Positions 46,848 through 59,865 of a stretch of DNA of 64,000 nucleotides are shown in pieces (the first letter of the stretch is position 1; every line of letters begins with the position of its first letter). The DNA is from Takakia lepidozioides (lineage: Eukaryota > Plantae > Bryophyta). The notes beneath the pieces are model-generated. The model was not told the DNA's origin. It made no database searches and saw only the letters and a list, made by a program, of their open reading frames with translations. The position numbers and the translations under genes were made by a program. The stretch spans positions 28,396,001-28,460,000 of the forward strand of contig CM060733.1 in the NCBI GenBank assembly GCA_030704615.1. Direction: 5' to 3'.

Positions 46848-49115
46848 CTAGGGTAAGCCTGTGCCGTTGGCCCAAGTGTCCAATGTCATCTACGCCCAAA
46901 TGCAATCTCCTATGTATCCAAGTGGGACCTCTAGGGTAGCCTATGCCATTGCACCAAGTGTACAATGTCATCTAAGCCCAAGTACAACCTCCTATGTAAT
47001 CTAAGTGCCTCTTCTATGTCGAGCCCAAGTGCGACCTCTAAGGCAGCATGTGCCGTTGGCTCATATGTGAAGAATGTAAATCTAAGCCCAAGTGTGTCTC
47101 CTATGTCGAGGCCCATCTAAGCCCAAGTGCAATACCCTATATATCCAAGTGCGTCTCCCATATCGAGGCCCAAGTCTCGGACTGTAAGTCCAAATTTTAT
47201 GAAACCAAGTCGGTGCACCCCTACTCATCGAGGGCTTTCCAATGACACCAAAATTGTGGCGAGAGGCCCTGCGGTTTGGGAGATCTGAACGACACTACAA
47301 CCAATATTGTGAACGCCAATATTTAAAAAGCCCATCAATATATGAAGGGAGACGGTTGTTTTGTTTTGTTTTGTCACGTTGAGATGTCCCAAACCGCGAG
47401 GCCGTAGCGCTGGTGCTTGGTACCATTGGAAAGTCCTTGAGGAGGAGGGGTGCACTAGCTTGGTCTCATCATTTTTGGACCTGCGGTGTGGGAGATGTGG
47501 AATTTCAAGTACTTTTGGTCGCTGGAAATTCACGAAAAATAGCAAAGTGGGCAATTCCAGGGACAATGGTTGGAGCTCAACAAGAGAGTATCAAGGGAAA
47601 GGTCTCCGGTTCAAATCTGGTCGTAGGCTATGTGGCAAAAAAATGATTAGATATGGCTTGCTTTATATATTGATGCACTTGGACTTAGATGACATTGGAT
47701 ACTTGGGCCAGCGGCACAGAGTACCCAACATGCACAGAGTACCCAACATGATTGGAGCCTCGATGGGAGATATATCAATAATGACTGGATATATTATTAC
47801 TCAATTCATGGAAAAAAATAAATTGGGTCTTGACATCAGAGACGTACTTGGGTACATAGGAGATTGTACTTGGGCTTCTACGTGGGAGATGCACTTTTGG
47901 TCCTTGGAAATTCGGGAAAAATAGCAAAGTGGGCTTCACGTGGGAGATTTGGAATTTCAAGTACTTTTGGTCGCTGGAAATTCGTGAAAAATAGTAAAGT
48001 GTATATATCAATATGTGAAGCCTCGACAAGGGAGATTGCAAAAATAGCAAAGTGGGCAATGACATGGAGATCTCCCAAACTGTAGGTCTTTGGATACATA
48101 GGGGATTGCACTTGGACTTAGATGCAGTGGACATTGGAGGTCACACTTGGGTATCTACATTGGAGAAGCACTTGGATACATAGGAGATTGCATTTGGGCT
48201 TAGATTTCAATTCTTCACATATGGGCCACTGGCACAGGCTACCCTAAATCTCCCAAATTGTAGGGTCTCTCGATACATAGGGGATTGCACTTGGACTTAG
48301 ATGACACTTGGGACACTTGGGCCAACGGCACATGCTACCCTAGTGTACATTTAAGTCCATGTCCACAAAAGACAAATGAACGGCCAATCATTGTTCCAGG
48401 AAAGCCCACTTTGTTATTTTTCGCGAATTCTAGGATAGCCTGTAATGTCATCTAAGTCTAAGTGCCATCCCGGATATATCCAAGTGCGTCTTCTATGTCG
48501 ACGCCCAAATGTGACCTCTAGGGTAGCCTGTGCCGTTGGCCCAAGTGTCCAATGTCATCTAAGCCCAAATGTAAGATCTTTTTATGTATCCTAGTGCCTC
48601 ATATGTGGAGGTCCAAGTGCAACCTCTAGTGTAGCCTATGTCGTTGGCCCATGTGTGAAGAATTGAAATCTAAGACCAGGTGCACAAGTGCAATCTTCTA
48701 TTCATGTATCCAAGTGCATCTCCCATGTAGAGGCCCAAGTGTCCAATGTCATCTAAGCCCAAGTGCAATCTCCTATGTATCCACGTACGTCTCCCATCTC
48801 AAGGCCCCATCTATATTTTCCATGAATTCATTGAGTAGTAATATATCTAATCATTATTGATATATCTCCGGTTGAGGCTCCAATCATTGTCCGAAGAAAG
48901 CCCACTTTGCTATTTTTTGTGAATTTCCAGCAACCAAAAGTACTTGAAATTCCATATCTCCCACACCACAGGTCCAAACATTATGAGACCAAGTCGGTGC
49001 ACCCCCTACACATCGAGGGCTTTCTCCAATGGTACCAAGCACCAGGGCTGGAGCCCCGCGGTTCGAGACATCTCAACATGACAAAACAAACAAATTGTCT
49101 CACTTCACATATTGA
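46848..49115. repeat. Helitron-like repeat cluster in mixed orientation
   Basis: Same units as 30380-33460. A|TCAATATATGAAG start at ~47336; CTAG|T ends at ~46848(-) and ~48343(+). Confidence 0.7.
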
Positions 49116-49849
49116 CTCATTGGATCTGGGTATTGATGTTTTCCTTATACCCACCGACTCCGGGTCCAGGCTGCCGGCTGTCAATAGAGTTAAATATTTT
49201 GTAATGCCCATCAAGGGTTAAATTTGTCGTGTTTTCAATATCAGTACATTATGTTGCAAGTGTACACACTATACACTGCAATCTTATTTTTGTGAAATTC
49301 GACATGCCCAATTGCTGCGATAAAGCTTACCATCTATATAATAATAATGTTGTATATAATATATATAACTTAATAATATTGTTATCTACATATGATCAGC
49401 ACCCATGTACCAATGTGTACAGGGTATTAGTGGACATTATTCATACGACATTCTTAAACAACGGAAGGGCCTCATCAGCTGCCCTTCACATATACGAAAT
49501 CAAATATCTGCTGGAATGATAAGGCTATAAGGCAGTTTTTTTTACTTTTGTACCCAAGGGGTGTCTATATTGACAACAGCTGGAGGAGGTAGGTTGATAG
49601 GTCATACTTCCTGCTGGGTCCACCATTCAAAAGCTCATGTGCATAACTTCATCTGTTTTGCCTCTTCCCTCACACCAGTCATCAATGGCACATGAACGAG
49701 TGGACTGCGAAGACAATGGAGGAACAACAAGGCATGAGATACACGGAGGCCCTGCCATTGTTTTATTCAGATGTAATTTTAGGGAATTAAGTTATGGCTA
49801 ATGATAATGTATCTTACTGCGATGGGCTCTCTTGCTTTGGCACAACATA

Positions 49850-51612
49850 AGAAAAAGGTGAGAGTGAGGGGCATGACTAAGCATAACACACCAATCATAG
49901 CTTTGGCACTATGGAAGGTCCTTTGACCACATTTTCTCCATTGATTTGAACATGTTGCAAAGTCTCTGATTTATACAAGAAAGCCAATAAAGAAATGAGT
50001 GGGCTGTTTGGAGGAAAGCTTTTACCTTGAACTCCTTTTGGAACCCCAATCTTACTTACTCATCTTTTGCTCTTTTGCTTAATGTTAAAGAGGGAAGCAC
50101 CTTCAGCTCCTGTCATGTGTGGGAATCGTTAAGAGGGATCATTCTGTGGAATATATGGAAGATGAGATGTGCTATTGTCTTCCAAAATGTGAGGCCATGT
50201 TTGCAGCGATTGTTGTATTGGGCTCATTCAGACCTAGTGTCTGGCAAAGTTAACAGACAGCTTCCCTTCTTGCTCGTAGCAATATTAGCCCGAAGCATTC
50301 TCCTCTGGATGCAGATGACTCGGAGATCAACTGGAGGCTTATACGCAACTCTAGGAAAGGCAAATCGAAGACTCAACTATCATTTGATGCTCCGAAGCGT
50401 AAAAAAGGTAGTATGTAGTTTCTTTTGCTATCTAGCTAGGTGCTAGTGCTTTTGGTTTCCCTTCCCTTTCTCTTTGGCTCCTTGTTGCCAAATCCTTCTT
50501 GCTGCAGTGCCTTCCAGCACTGGCTTAGCTCATCTTTTTAGTTTAGTTTTTATGGGCAGTCCGTGCCCTGTGGCTCCTCTTGTTTGCTGGTCCGTCCGCA
50601 GCATGCAGTGCCTTCTGGCAGTTGCTTGGCTCTTCCTCTAGTTTAGATTTAGAGGGCAATCCTTGCCCTACGACTCCTTTATTCCCCCTGGTGTTTTAGT
50701 CTCAGAGTGGCCCATCTTTACTCCGCCTTATGGCTCTCTGTAAGGTTATTTTTTCCATACTTTTAACCCTTAATGGATGAGGTGACCCGTTTCGGGTCAC
50801 ATCAGGGTCGCGTCAATGAAAAACTTTTTGAACGAACGTTGTGCACCTTGATGTCATGCACCTGCCCGTCTTTATGGCACCCTAAAATAATGAAAGCCCT
50901 GCCGTCAATAATTTTTTTAGTGTGCAGGGGTGCCCAAAATTAGTTGTCCAACAGCTTTGACTTAGTGACGTGGCAGGCTGAAGGGTGACAACAAGACAAA
51001 AGTATAAATAGAAACAAATGCAAATCTCTGCCTGAATTTTTGTTAGAATTCTGAATTTCTTTTTGGAGGTAGTAGTTCATCATTCAAGGAACACTTTCAC
51101 CGCAGCAATTGTGATTCCAATGAAATTTCGACCCCCTAAGCCGGAATTACATGTCATTTGAGCTTCATGGTGTGTTTTGACCCCCGTGTTTTCCATACAA
51201 AGCAACCTTATCAAGATTTTGGAATTCTGCTTTGAAATTTTGGGGCAACATGCTTTAGGTGCCACATAATTGGAATCTGGATGGGGCCTTGCAAGGAAAA
51301 AATATTTTGTCAATCCAATTTCCTGGTCAAACCATTTTTCCACACTAAATTTGGAGTGTACCCAAATTTTGGGCTTGCAAATTTCTTATAATCTTCCAAA
51401 CGACACGGTGGAATGAGCTGAAATTTTTCGCAGAAGCTGGATGAAGTAGGTAGCCTCCCATTCATATGGTTCATCCCTGTGGATGTTAGTTTCCTGGAGA
51501 TATACCCTCATCAGTGAGTTTTGGATGGGGCCCACCAAAAACTGCCTCGTCCATTAGGGGTTAATAAAGTTTTAAAGGGCTACAATCCCCCTGTTCTCTA
51601 AATTAAAAAAAA
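49850..51612 (+). mobile_element. Degenerate L1-like LINE 3' portion, interrupted by a TTAA element
   Basis: Peptide WESLRGIILWNIWKMRCAIVFQN is typical of the plant L1 ORF2 C-terminus. A pyrimidine-rich 3' UTR, AATAAA and an A-tail at ~51605 follow. A second similar tail lies at ~51780-51875. Confidence 0.65.
50767..51560. mobile_element. piggyBac-like non-autonomous element (794 bp)
   Basis: TTAA at 50763-50766 and 51561-51564. TIRs CCCTTAATGGATGAGG and CCTCGTCCATTAGGGG match 14/16. Removing the element restores the LINE tail seen intact at 30258-30355. Confidence 0.8.
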
Positions 51613-52939
51613 ACTCTTTGTTAAAAGTCTTGGGTTCGTCCCTCACCTTTAGGTGTGTATACCTGATGGCCCCATTGGGTTTATTTTTTCCCCAGCAATA
51701 AAATATCGGGGCTTCATCCCCTTTATCTCTCAGATTTGGCCTTTGTCTCCTTTATCATCCTTATGGTTGTTTTTTCCCTGAGGTTATTTTTTCCTCAGTT
51801 TTATTAATAAAATTTGTTAGGGCTCCCCTGTTCAACCAAAAACAAAGAAAAAAAAGAAAAAAGAAAAGAAAAGAAGAAGAGTGTAACATGTGCCCAACTG
51901 GGAACTAAAAACTTTCATGTTCCCATTAAGTCTCATGGGAACAACCCCTGATATAAGGTTAAGGGCACTTTGGCCAACGTGATGTGTAGTCCCTACCCTG
52001 TTGGGCAGGGCCAATAAATGACTTGAATGCCCAACATTGATAGAATGACCTGGCCTTCCCTGAATGGCAGTGAGTGACAACCCGTTCTACTACAAGTGTG
52101 ATCAGAGGTTTGCTAGCTTAACTTTGCTGCGAAGGAAGAGAGGACATGTTGGAATCAAGACAGGACACACAAATTTTTGTGGGAGCAATGGTCCACCCAG
52201 CAGTAGCACAAGAAGAAATACTCAATACTCTAGTAGGATAAAGTCTTGTTCAGGATAGCTGCCTTTCCACATGGATAAATAGAAAGGCTTTTCTTAAACA
52301 CACACATGAGCATGAGCAGGCGTGTGTACTGCTCAATGGAGCTTGGAGCCAGTCATGACAAAATCTGCAGCAACCACAGAATATTTATCCAATCACTAGA
52401 GTCCATGTGAGAGAGAAGAGAAGATCAAGTCACACAACTCTACATTCCAAAGGCACGTTTGCCTGTTCTAGAGGCAGTTAATATAAAAGTGAGAAATACA
52501 TAGATGTCCTTAGTCAACCTACCTCAACCCAGGAGGTCTTAAATGTTGTCTTCAGCTTGCTTGATGATCAGGTGTTGCTTTTACTTATTATTTGTTGACT
52601 AACCTGTGATCCCTTTGAAGATCTGATAGTGCACACCTTTCACATTTTTATACAAGCCCAGCAACAGCCTGAGGAACCACTAGCCCCATGTTCACCAATG
52701 CATAGACACTACCATTCCCCCAACTAACATACAAGACCAAAAGCTTGATAACATTTCAGGAGCCAGATGAAGTTTCAAGAAAGTGTAGTCCTGCATTGAC
52801 TGAGCTAAGAATTGCCAACTCTGACGTGAGAGTAACATGACCAAATGGAATCAATACAGAAAGATATACCTATTCAATGTACAAGATGCTGCTACCACCT
52901 TGTTGGAGTTTCAAATGACAGAGCCTCCACAAGTTCTGT

Positions 52940-54626
52940 CAAGAAATTTCTGTGCAAACTTGTCTTCTGATAGGCTCATGATTGTTGAAAGAGGATAGTC
53001 CCGCTCTAGCAGGCCCTCAGATATTAGCCTTAAAAGAACTTGGTGTCTTTTCTACAATATGTTCTTCACTGAGATGCAAAACAGTGAGCTGCTGTGTAAC
53101 AATCTTATGCACAGCATCATGTGAGAGACCAAGGCTTTTGAGTTTATGATACTTCGTCTCCAGCCAGACATCTCCCTGGAATGCAAATGCAATGAGAGCC
53201 CTCGCCATGGCATTGGACTGGGGGGTAATGCCCATCTGTGTGAAAAACTTGAGCTTGTTTGAGAGGCTTCCTTTAATGGCTCTTCCCAGTACTGATCACT
53301 GCAGCATTAGTGGCTTTGAAAGTTACTTGCCCTTCACAACATTGTCCTCAAAGAATTCCACCTTTAAGTTCAAGTTGTTTTCCACACTGAGGCCAGGAAT
53401 CGATCCTTAGTCTGTCTCTCTCCATACCAATGCACTCTAAAAACGTGTCTGTGGGCCCAAGTTTTCTTCCATTCTGTAGCCCAGGATTGCTGGGACGACT
53501 GTAATTATATGGCCCACCTTCTTCCTCTCCACACCAGACTCTCCAGAAACTTGACCGTTGGCGTCATGATTTCCTCTTGAAACGCTGTGGCCAAAACTCC
53601 AGTGAACTTCAAAAGAATCTGAACCATGTTCTTTCTTGCCACCCCCACGCCCTCCAGATATGCAATCTTCGGTAGCAAGTTTCTCTTGATATTATAGCTA
53701 AGGATTTGTGGAGATCCGAGGATAACTTGGCCAATTTGTTGTTGCTTTAATCCAATTTTTCTCAGAAATTCATAATTTTGTTCTGACATGATGATCCAAG
53801 CTTAATGTAAGCAGTTGTGGAAACACTCTTAAGGCTCTAAGAACCCTTTCCCTCGTAGACAACATTCAAGCAGAACTTGCATCTTCCCTCCAAAGTCTGT
53901 CACACGTGCCTGAATCACCTTCTGTAGATTGTGATCCAACAGTCGACCAAAAAAACATTTGTCTATCCCTAGTTCTTCCATGTACCTCAGCACTTGTCTC
54001 ATGGTCTCCTCCATGTTGATGTGCAGCACTAGAGGGCATGCTTGCACTGCCATAGCCTTCTTGTAGACCCCCAGGGTCTCCAAATCATGGATACTTGCTT
54101 TTAGATTTTCTGGAGTGCAGTTCAAGAGCTCCTTGTGGCGTTGAAACAACTTCCATATCTTCTTCCTGGGAATGCCAACGCTCTGAAGCACCTCCGTGAT
54201 GGCAATAAGGCCCATCTCTCCCATGAGATTTGGCTGCATTGATGCTAAAACTCATCAAGAAAACCAGTACCATCCCTCCCTATGGATTCAAACTACGGCT
54301 CGATCACATTTATACCTTCCTTCTCCAAGAAAACCTCCAATTGCGCGCTGAGGTGTCCTCATGATCTATCGCTAACACCTCACCCACGCCAGAACAAATT
54401 ACCTCCCCGCTCTGGTACACGACCTCAGGTCGATGTTAGACTCCTTGCACACCAGAAATCCCACAGGAAGCATCGGCGAGTTGCAGAACACAAACGCTGC
54501 TCCCATGCGCTCAAGAGTTTCCTCTCCTCCTCCGCCCTTTGGAGGGAGAGAGACAGTAAACGGATGAAAGACATCCACATCGACGGATGCGAAACATGGA
54601 CAACCAAGCCAATAGATGGAGGCCAT
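52940..54626 (-). pseudogene. mTERF-family protein, multiply frameshifted
   Basis: mTERF-like repeats PLVLHINMEETMRQVLRYMEELG, PQILSYNIKRNLLPKIAYLEGVG, PAILGYRMEENLGP and GLSVENNLNLKVEFF are scattered across frames. Confidence 0.75.
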
Positions 54627-55244
54627 TACTATGGATGGCGTCATTCACAATAAATAAGTATAATTCATCCGAAAATGATTAGGTCTGGTTTTCCTCATCC
54701 AAAGCTGTTTCCTCATGTTGTGTGTAACATGGGAGAGAGACTCATCGGAGAGACAGAGACATAGAGAGATCGGAAATGCAGACAAGAGCGTGGGGAGGCA
54801 CGGCAGCGTGAATCGGGAGGAAAGGTAGCTGAGGAGGAAGGGGAAGTATTAGCAAGACATGATGCGAACGGGAAGCAGAAGAATTGGGAGCTCTTGGTGG
54901 TTTTGAAGGAGCTGGAAGGTTAAGGGACGGAAGTTTGCAAGCATGTTCAGGTGGGGTCTGGAGAATTTGGTGCTGTATTGAAGAAATAACATCCCTGTGC
55001 TCAGCATTTCAGAAATTTGAAGAGGTGAGGCGGTGAGCTCTGGGGTGTATGCGGTACCATGTAGCCTGGCTGCGTCGGTAATCATTGTGAACATAAGGCA
55101 GGGTGGTAAGAGTTTGGATATGAGTTTTTTGAAGAGCTGGAAAACAGCGGGAAACTTTCAGGCTGATGTCCATCACGTAGGGTAGTGGTGATTTACTGCG
55201 CGGTCTTTGATTCGCCAGATTTGAAGAGAGGTTGCTGTTGAACT

Positions 55245-57416
55245 ATGGTGAAACGCTCAGTTATGGTGGAGGGTAGGAGGACTTACGTTGAAGACTACGA
55301 CACGGACGAGTACGAGAGGTTGACCTGCGAGTGTCACCACGAAGCGAGGTGCCCTGATGAACGTGGGTTGGGCAGGAAACCCTTCTGTTGTGTTTATTGT
55401 AAAGCAATTTACAAGAACAAAAACAAACTTAATATGCACAGGATAGATGGGTGCAAGGCTGTCACAGGCGAGGGGAGAACTGTGCTAAAAATGTACCCGG
55501 TGTTTGGGAAAGGCCAGAAAGCCGATATGGAAGACATATTAATCAAACATGGGTACATGAAACCGCGGAAGTATCCTTTTCGTTCCAAGAGCAAGAGGAA
55601 GCACGATGACAGGTTGCCAAAGGCGATAGATGCAGAATTTGAGCGCAATTTTCGGACTGAGAATGATATCGAACATCCGAGACCTGCTAAATCCAGGATT
55701 CGGTCCGACAGGAATTTGAATGTCCAACGCAAGGCCAAGAAAAAGCCAGTTGTGGTGCGTTATTCAGATGACAGTAAAGATGATGAAGTACATATAGCAA
55801 ATGCCAAGAAGCATGCCCGGCTCCTGGGGTTTGCCAGGAAGCTCAAGATCAAGTCACGGGCTAAAATGGAGCAGTGTAAGGACGAGGGACATGAGGCACG
55901 TGAGCACGAGGAAGAAAATGCCGCCGACATAAAAATTCATGACCCAGGTTTATCAGAACATGAGATTTTCCTATACAAGATAGGAGGATTTGAGTGTTGC
56001 ACCAGGGAGGAGGTTGAAGCTGAAGCATCCAGGATTGCTGCAGCAATGACCTCAGATATGCTTGCTGGGCCTAGTCCAGAACCCAAACCTTGTCCAGGCC
56101 TTTGGTACTTGCTAAAATTTAATTTGCTTCCTGCCGAATTTCCAAAGCTGGATAATGACTTCTTCTTTCCCCATTTCCAGAATTTTGTGCACAGTGGAAG
56201 CATTGATGTTGCGTTGCGGAGTGCCTATGGAGCATGGTACATGGAACGAGAGTCTGAGGCAGATGTAACTGAGAAGCGGGCTGTTCAGCTTGCCATGAAG
56301 AGATTCAAGCTTAAGGATGGTGCTCCTGACGCTACGGAGCGGTACAAGGAGGTTGATGCCCTTAGCATTTACATGGAGTACTCGCGAGAACTTCAGACTT
56401 ATGAAGAACGGAAGGCTGTGGCAGAACAGGACTTGCTTGTAAAAAGGGAGAATTTTGTCAAGGAGAAGCTCCGAGCATTTGATGAGCATGAGCATTCACG
56501 CATTGAGCGTTCCCAATGGCAGTGGTCTCCATTGTACATGAGCTTAATGGTTGATGCAGTGGAAGGATTGCCACCGGGTCCATGGACACATTCAGACACC
56601 GAGTTCCACCAACTAGCAGACACCATCAAGATGAACAGGATGTTGATATTTGGGGTCGCACCTACGTGCCCCTTAATCCTGCGCATCTTCAGGATTGTGT
56701 TTTCGTATTTTTTTGACAAAAGCACATGTCTGGCCTGTCCGTCTGAAGGTCTGACGCATGACACGATGCTTGGATATGTTGCTGAAACAGGTGCACCTAG
56801 AGTTCTGCGGAATGCAGCCCGGTCACTACTGGAGGAGGGCTACTTCATATTTGGAAACATGCCGGATCACACTGATGCACAATTTGAGGTGCAGCAGGAC
56901 ATGGACTCCTTACTTGTAGGGACAGAGGGTTCGCGCAGTGAAGTGCTCACCAAAGTACAGCGCTTCCTGACTTCTGTGCGCCAACGAGCCCTTGGGGACA
57001 TGGCCCAACAATATCCAAGGCTTTTTCAAGTCCTTTGGTGTGGTGGTGAAGAGTCCTCAATCCACAAAGCAATCAGCCAATTCATGGATATTCTGAAGTA
57101 TCGGGAGGATTTGGACCTTGGATGGGTGTCTTTTCCTCCAGGGCATGTTGTCTATAAGAGCATTCATGTGTCACAAGCAAGGGAGGCCGCAAGGGATGCT
57201 GTGGAGGAGTTGCACCACCAACTTGTCAAGGCTGATAGCGGGGGAATGGGATCAGGGATCGCTTCACCTGGCCATGGTGGCATTGTTGAGAACGTAGGAA
57301 GAGAGATAGAGACAGAGACAGAGAAGAGAGAAGACATTGACAGTATTGAGAATATGGAGATAGAGAGAGAAAGACAGAAGGCCCTGGCAGGCGGGAACCT
57401 TGATTTAAGTTTTTAG
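55245..57416 (+). CDS. 723-aa uncharacterised protein with N-terminal C2HC zinc finger; homologue of the MULE accessory gene without Ulp1
   Basis: Uninterrupted ORF containing FCCVYCKAIYKNKNKLNMHRIDGC and basic NLS-like tracts. Internal blocks are collinear with 11620-11950(-) and 10620-11100(-). Confidence 0.75.
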   Translation: MVKRSVMVEGRRTYVEDYDTDEYERLTCECHHEARCPDERGLGRKPFCCVYCKAIYKNKNKLNMHRIDGCKAVTGEGRTVLKMYPVFGKGQKADMEDILIKHGYMKPRKYPFRSKSKRKHDDRLPKAIDAEFERNFRTENDIEHPRPAKSRIRSDRNLNVQRKAKKKPVVVRYSDDSKDDEVHIANAKKHARLLGFARKLKIKSRAKMEQCKDEGHEAREHEEENAADIKIHDPGLSEHEIFLYKIGGFECCTREEVEAEASRIAAAMTSDMLAGPSPEPKPCPGLWYLLKFNLLPAEFPKLDNDFFFPHFQNFVHSGSIDVALRSAYGAWYMERESEADVTEKRAVQLAMKRFKLKDGAPDATERYKEVDALSIYMEYSRELQTYEERKAVAEQDLLVKRENFVKEKLRAFDEHEHSRIERSQWQWSPLYMSLMVDAVEGLPPGPWTHSDTEFHQLADTIKMNRMLIFGVAPTCPLILRIFRIVFSYFFDKSTCLACPSEGLTHDTMLGYVAETGAPRVLRNAARSLLEEGYFIFGNMPDHTDAQFEVQQDMDSLLVGTEGSRSEVLTKVQRFLTSVRQRALGDMAQQYPRLFQVLWCGGEESSIHKAISQFMDILKYREDLDLGWVSFPPGHVVYKSIHVSQAREAARDAVEELHHQLVKADSGGMGSGIASPGHGGIVENVGREIETETEKREDIDSIENMEIERERQKALAGGNLDLSF

Positions 57417-59150
57417 GAGGGTCGGGTACCTGACTTTTGTGGGGACTGCTGTGCATTATTCACTGGCCTGGTTGGTTCAATTCGTATTGGGGCTCATGAA
57501 GGACTGAAAGATCCACCTTTCTTTCCTTGTGTCAGGATACTTTTCCTCATTAGCATGTGATCCAAGCAGCTTCATGGCAGAGCCTTGTACTTCATGTTAT
57601 TTCCCTTTCGGGCTTGGGATCTGCAGGGAGGTCGCAATTGAAGATAGAAGCTTGGTTCCAAGGGCTTTGGGCCTTTGGCTCTACTCACGCAAAAAAAAAA
57701 ACGAAACTATCTGAAAACCATGCTAAGGTGAAAAAACTTGGGAAATTAATCGTCAAAAGCTTAACTCACGTGAGCACAAAGACCCACAAATATATCTGCT
57801 AGAGCTCAAAGGTCAGCGAACTTACATAATGTGGCATTTGGTAAAACAGAGTGTGTATAATAACCCCAAGAACCACCGAAAAAAAATGGATTTCGCAGGC
57901 GAACTGCATACGTATTTTCGGATTTTGCAAGCGAAACTTGGATTTCCGAGTTTCTTTTCGTTTTTTAGAAGGTTTATCCCTTTCAAGCTTCTTCTATATG
58001 TTTAAAATTATATATTGACACCATGTATTAACGCAGAAAGGCTTCTCATTGAAAGGTAATAGCGTCTTCAATGTGCGAGTGTGCCTACGGTGGGCCCCCG
58101 TGTAGCTGAAGGGGCCGCGAAGGGTGGGAGCTCCCTACCCATCGCACTCAGTATGTGGGGTCTGTTGGGCAAACCAGTCTACTGGCCCACAAAACATATA
58201 AAATATGCACATAAAACATTAGTTATTTTGAAAATTTCTAGAAAGTAGCGGATAGTGTGGTGGTTAAGAATGACAAATAATAAGCACATTGATGAAAGGA
58301 TTCCCTATCTAGGAAACATATTGTATTATAACTACATGACCTAACTTACATGCAGCAACCTACTTCCAGGAGTACTCTAGAAATACTTCATTGGACGAGC
58401 GCAAATGTCTAGTAAAACAACAAACAAATTTCTGAAATTGTAAATTGGCCCGGAATCATGATTTGTCATATTCAACGTTTTATGAGTTGTCAACTTTCAT
58501 AGTGTGCAATATAGCAATACATTAAATTGAGTGCGCTACCACATGAGCAGCAATGGAAGCAAATGCGACTAGTTGATTGGTTGGTGAATCGTAAATTGAG
58601 ACCCTCACCTACAGTACAAACAGCAACAAGAAGGCAATGTGACTTGGTGCTTATGTGGAGCCTCTCCACATAAGTCGGATTTCGAGGGACTACTTCCTGG
58701 AAACACGAAATGTTAGGAAATTTCTTTGTCGTGGTATGCTCCTCGCCGTGGAGCTCATCTCCTCGTTCGTCTCGCTTCTCAGCTATCTATTTCCGTGCCC
58801 AACTGTTGCTCGTGTGGTGGCGTTTTTTGGTTTTTGTTGATTTTGGCCTACTCTCCAGACCATCACTATTGCTGCAATCCTAGCCAAGGACTTCCACATC
58901 ACTGCAGCTCACTGCTGCTCGTGTGATAAGGCTCTGGAACACAAGTGTGTGCCTTGGCACAAATGGACAACAAGCTACTCTGACCCTCTTTCCTTGCGCC
59001 CGACAGCCTTGTCCCTTGCCTCTCTTCTTTTTGCCCACAACCAGCTTCATCACCACTAATGTGTGACCAGAGCATCTGCCATGGTACACGCCAACAATCG
59101 TCATCAACAGATAACATTCGATAGACATTACACTCACACGTGATTTTGGT

Positions 59151-59865
59151 TGTAGAGAACTCATCAAGATTACACTGGAGTCATCCTTCTTGACACTGTA
59201 GTTACTAGTAACTATAATGCTAGTTACTTAAACATTGAGAGCAATGGGCTCTGCTCTCTTTTAGTCCTCATGTGTTTGTACGCTGTTGTAGGTGGGTGAG
59301 GCCAGTACATACCTTGGTCCTAAGGTTTACTGTTGTAGTGACACTGTAATGAAGCTGAGTGTGTGGGTCACTAGATTAGCATGAGCAAGCTGTGTCAGCC
59401 AGTGTATCTTTTCCCATGGTCACTAATATTATTCTAGTCTTTATGATACTCTACTTGTAAGGTGCTGACACAAGTCTTTGTGTCTAGTAGATGTGTAGCT
59501 TTCTTGAGCTTGCATGTGGAAAGTGTTGCTAACTACTTCTCACAAACAATAGGTTATGGGCCCACGTTTCGTATCCCTGTGTGTTTAGCTATCTTTAGAC
59601 GTCATCTTAAAGCTTAGTCTCAGTTCTTTTGTGTTGTTTCTAGTTGGGAAGAGAGAGATCCGATGGATCAGGGGAAGGAGCTTAGTAACATTGAGTGTTT
59701 CAATGGTGAGGGTTTTGCCATGTGGAAATACCAAATGAGAGCCATTTTTCGTGGCAAAGAGTTGTGGGATATAGTGGAGGGGACGGTAGTTTGAGAGCCA
59801 GTTGGGGATAACATAGTACCAGCCACTCCTGCTGAGATAGCTGCCTGGGACAAGAAAGATAGTCA
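59151..59865 (+). mobile_element. Ty1/Copia 5' fragment: probable LTR, PBS, gag start
   Basis: Probable LTR TGTAG(59151)...AACA(59548), left edge uncertain. PBS GGTTATGGGCCC at 59552. Gag start MDQGKELSNIECFNGEGFAMWKYQMRAIFRGKELWDIVEG from 59663, then a stop and truncation. Confidence 0.8.
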
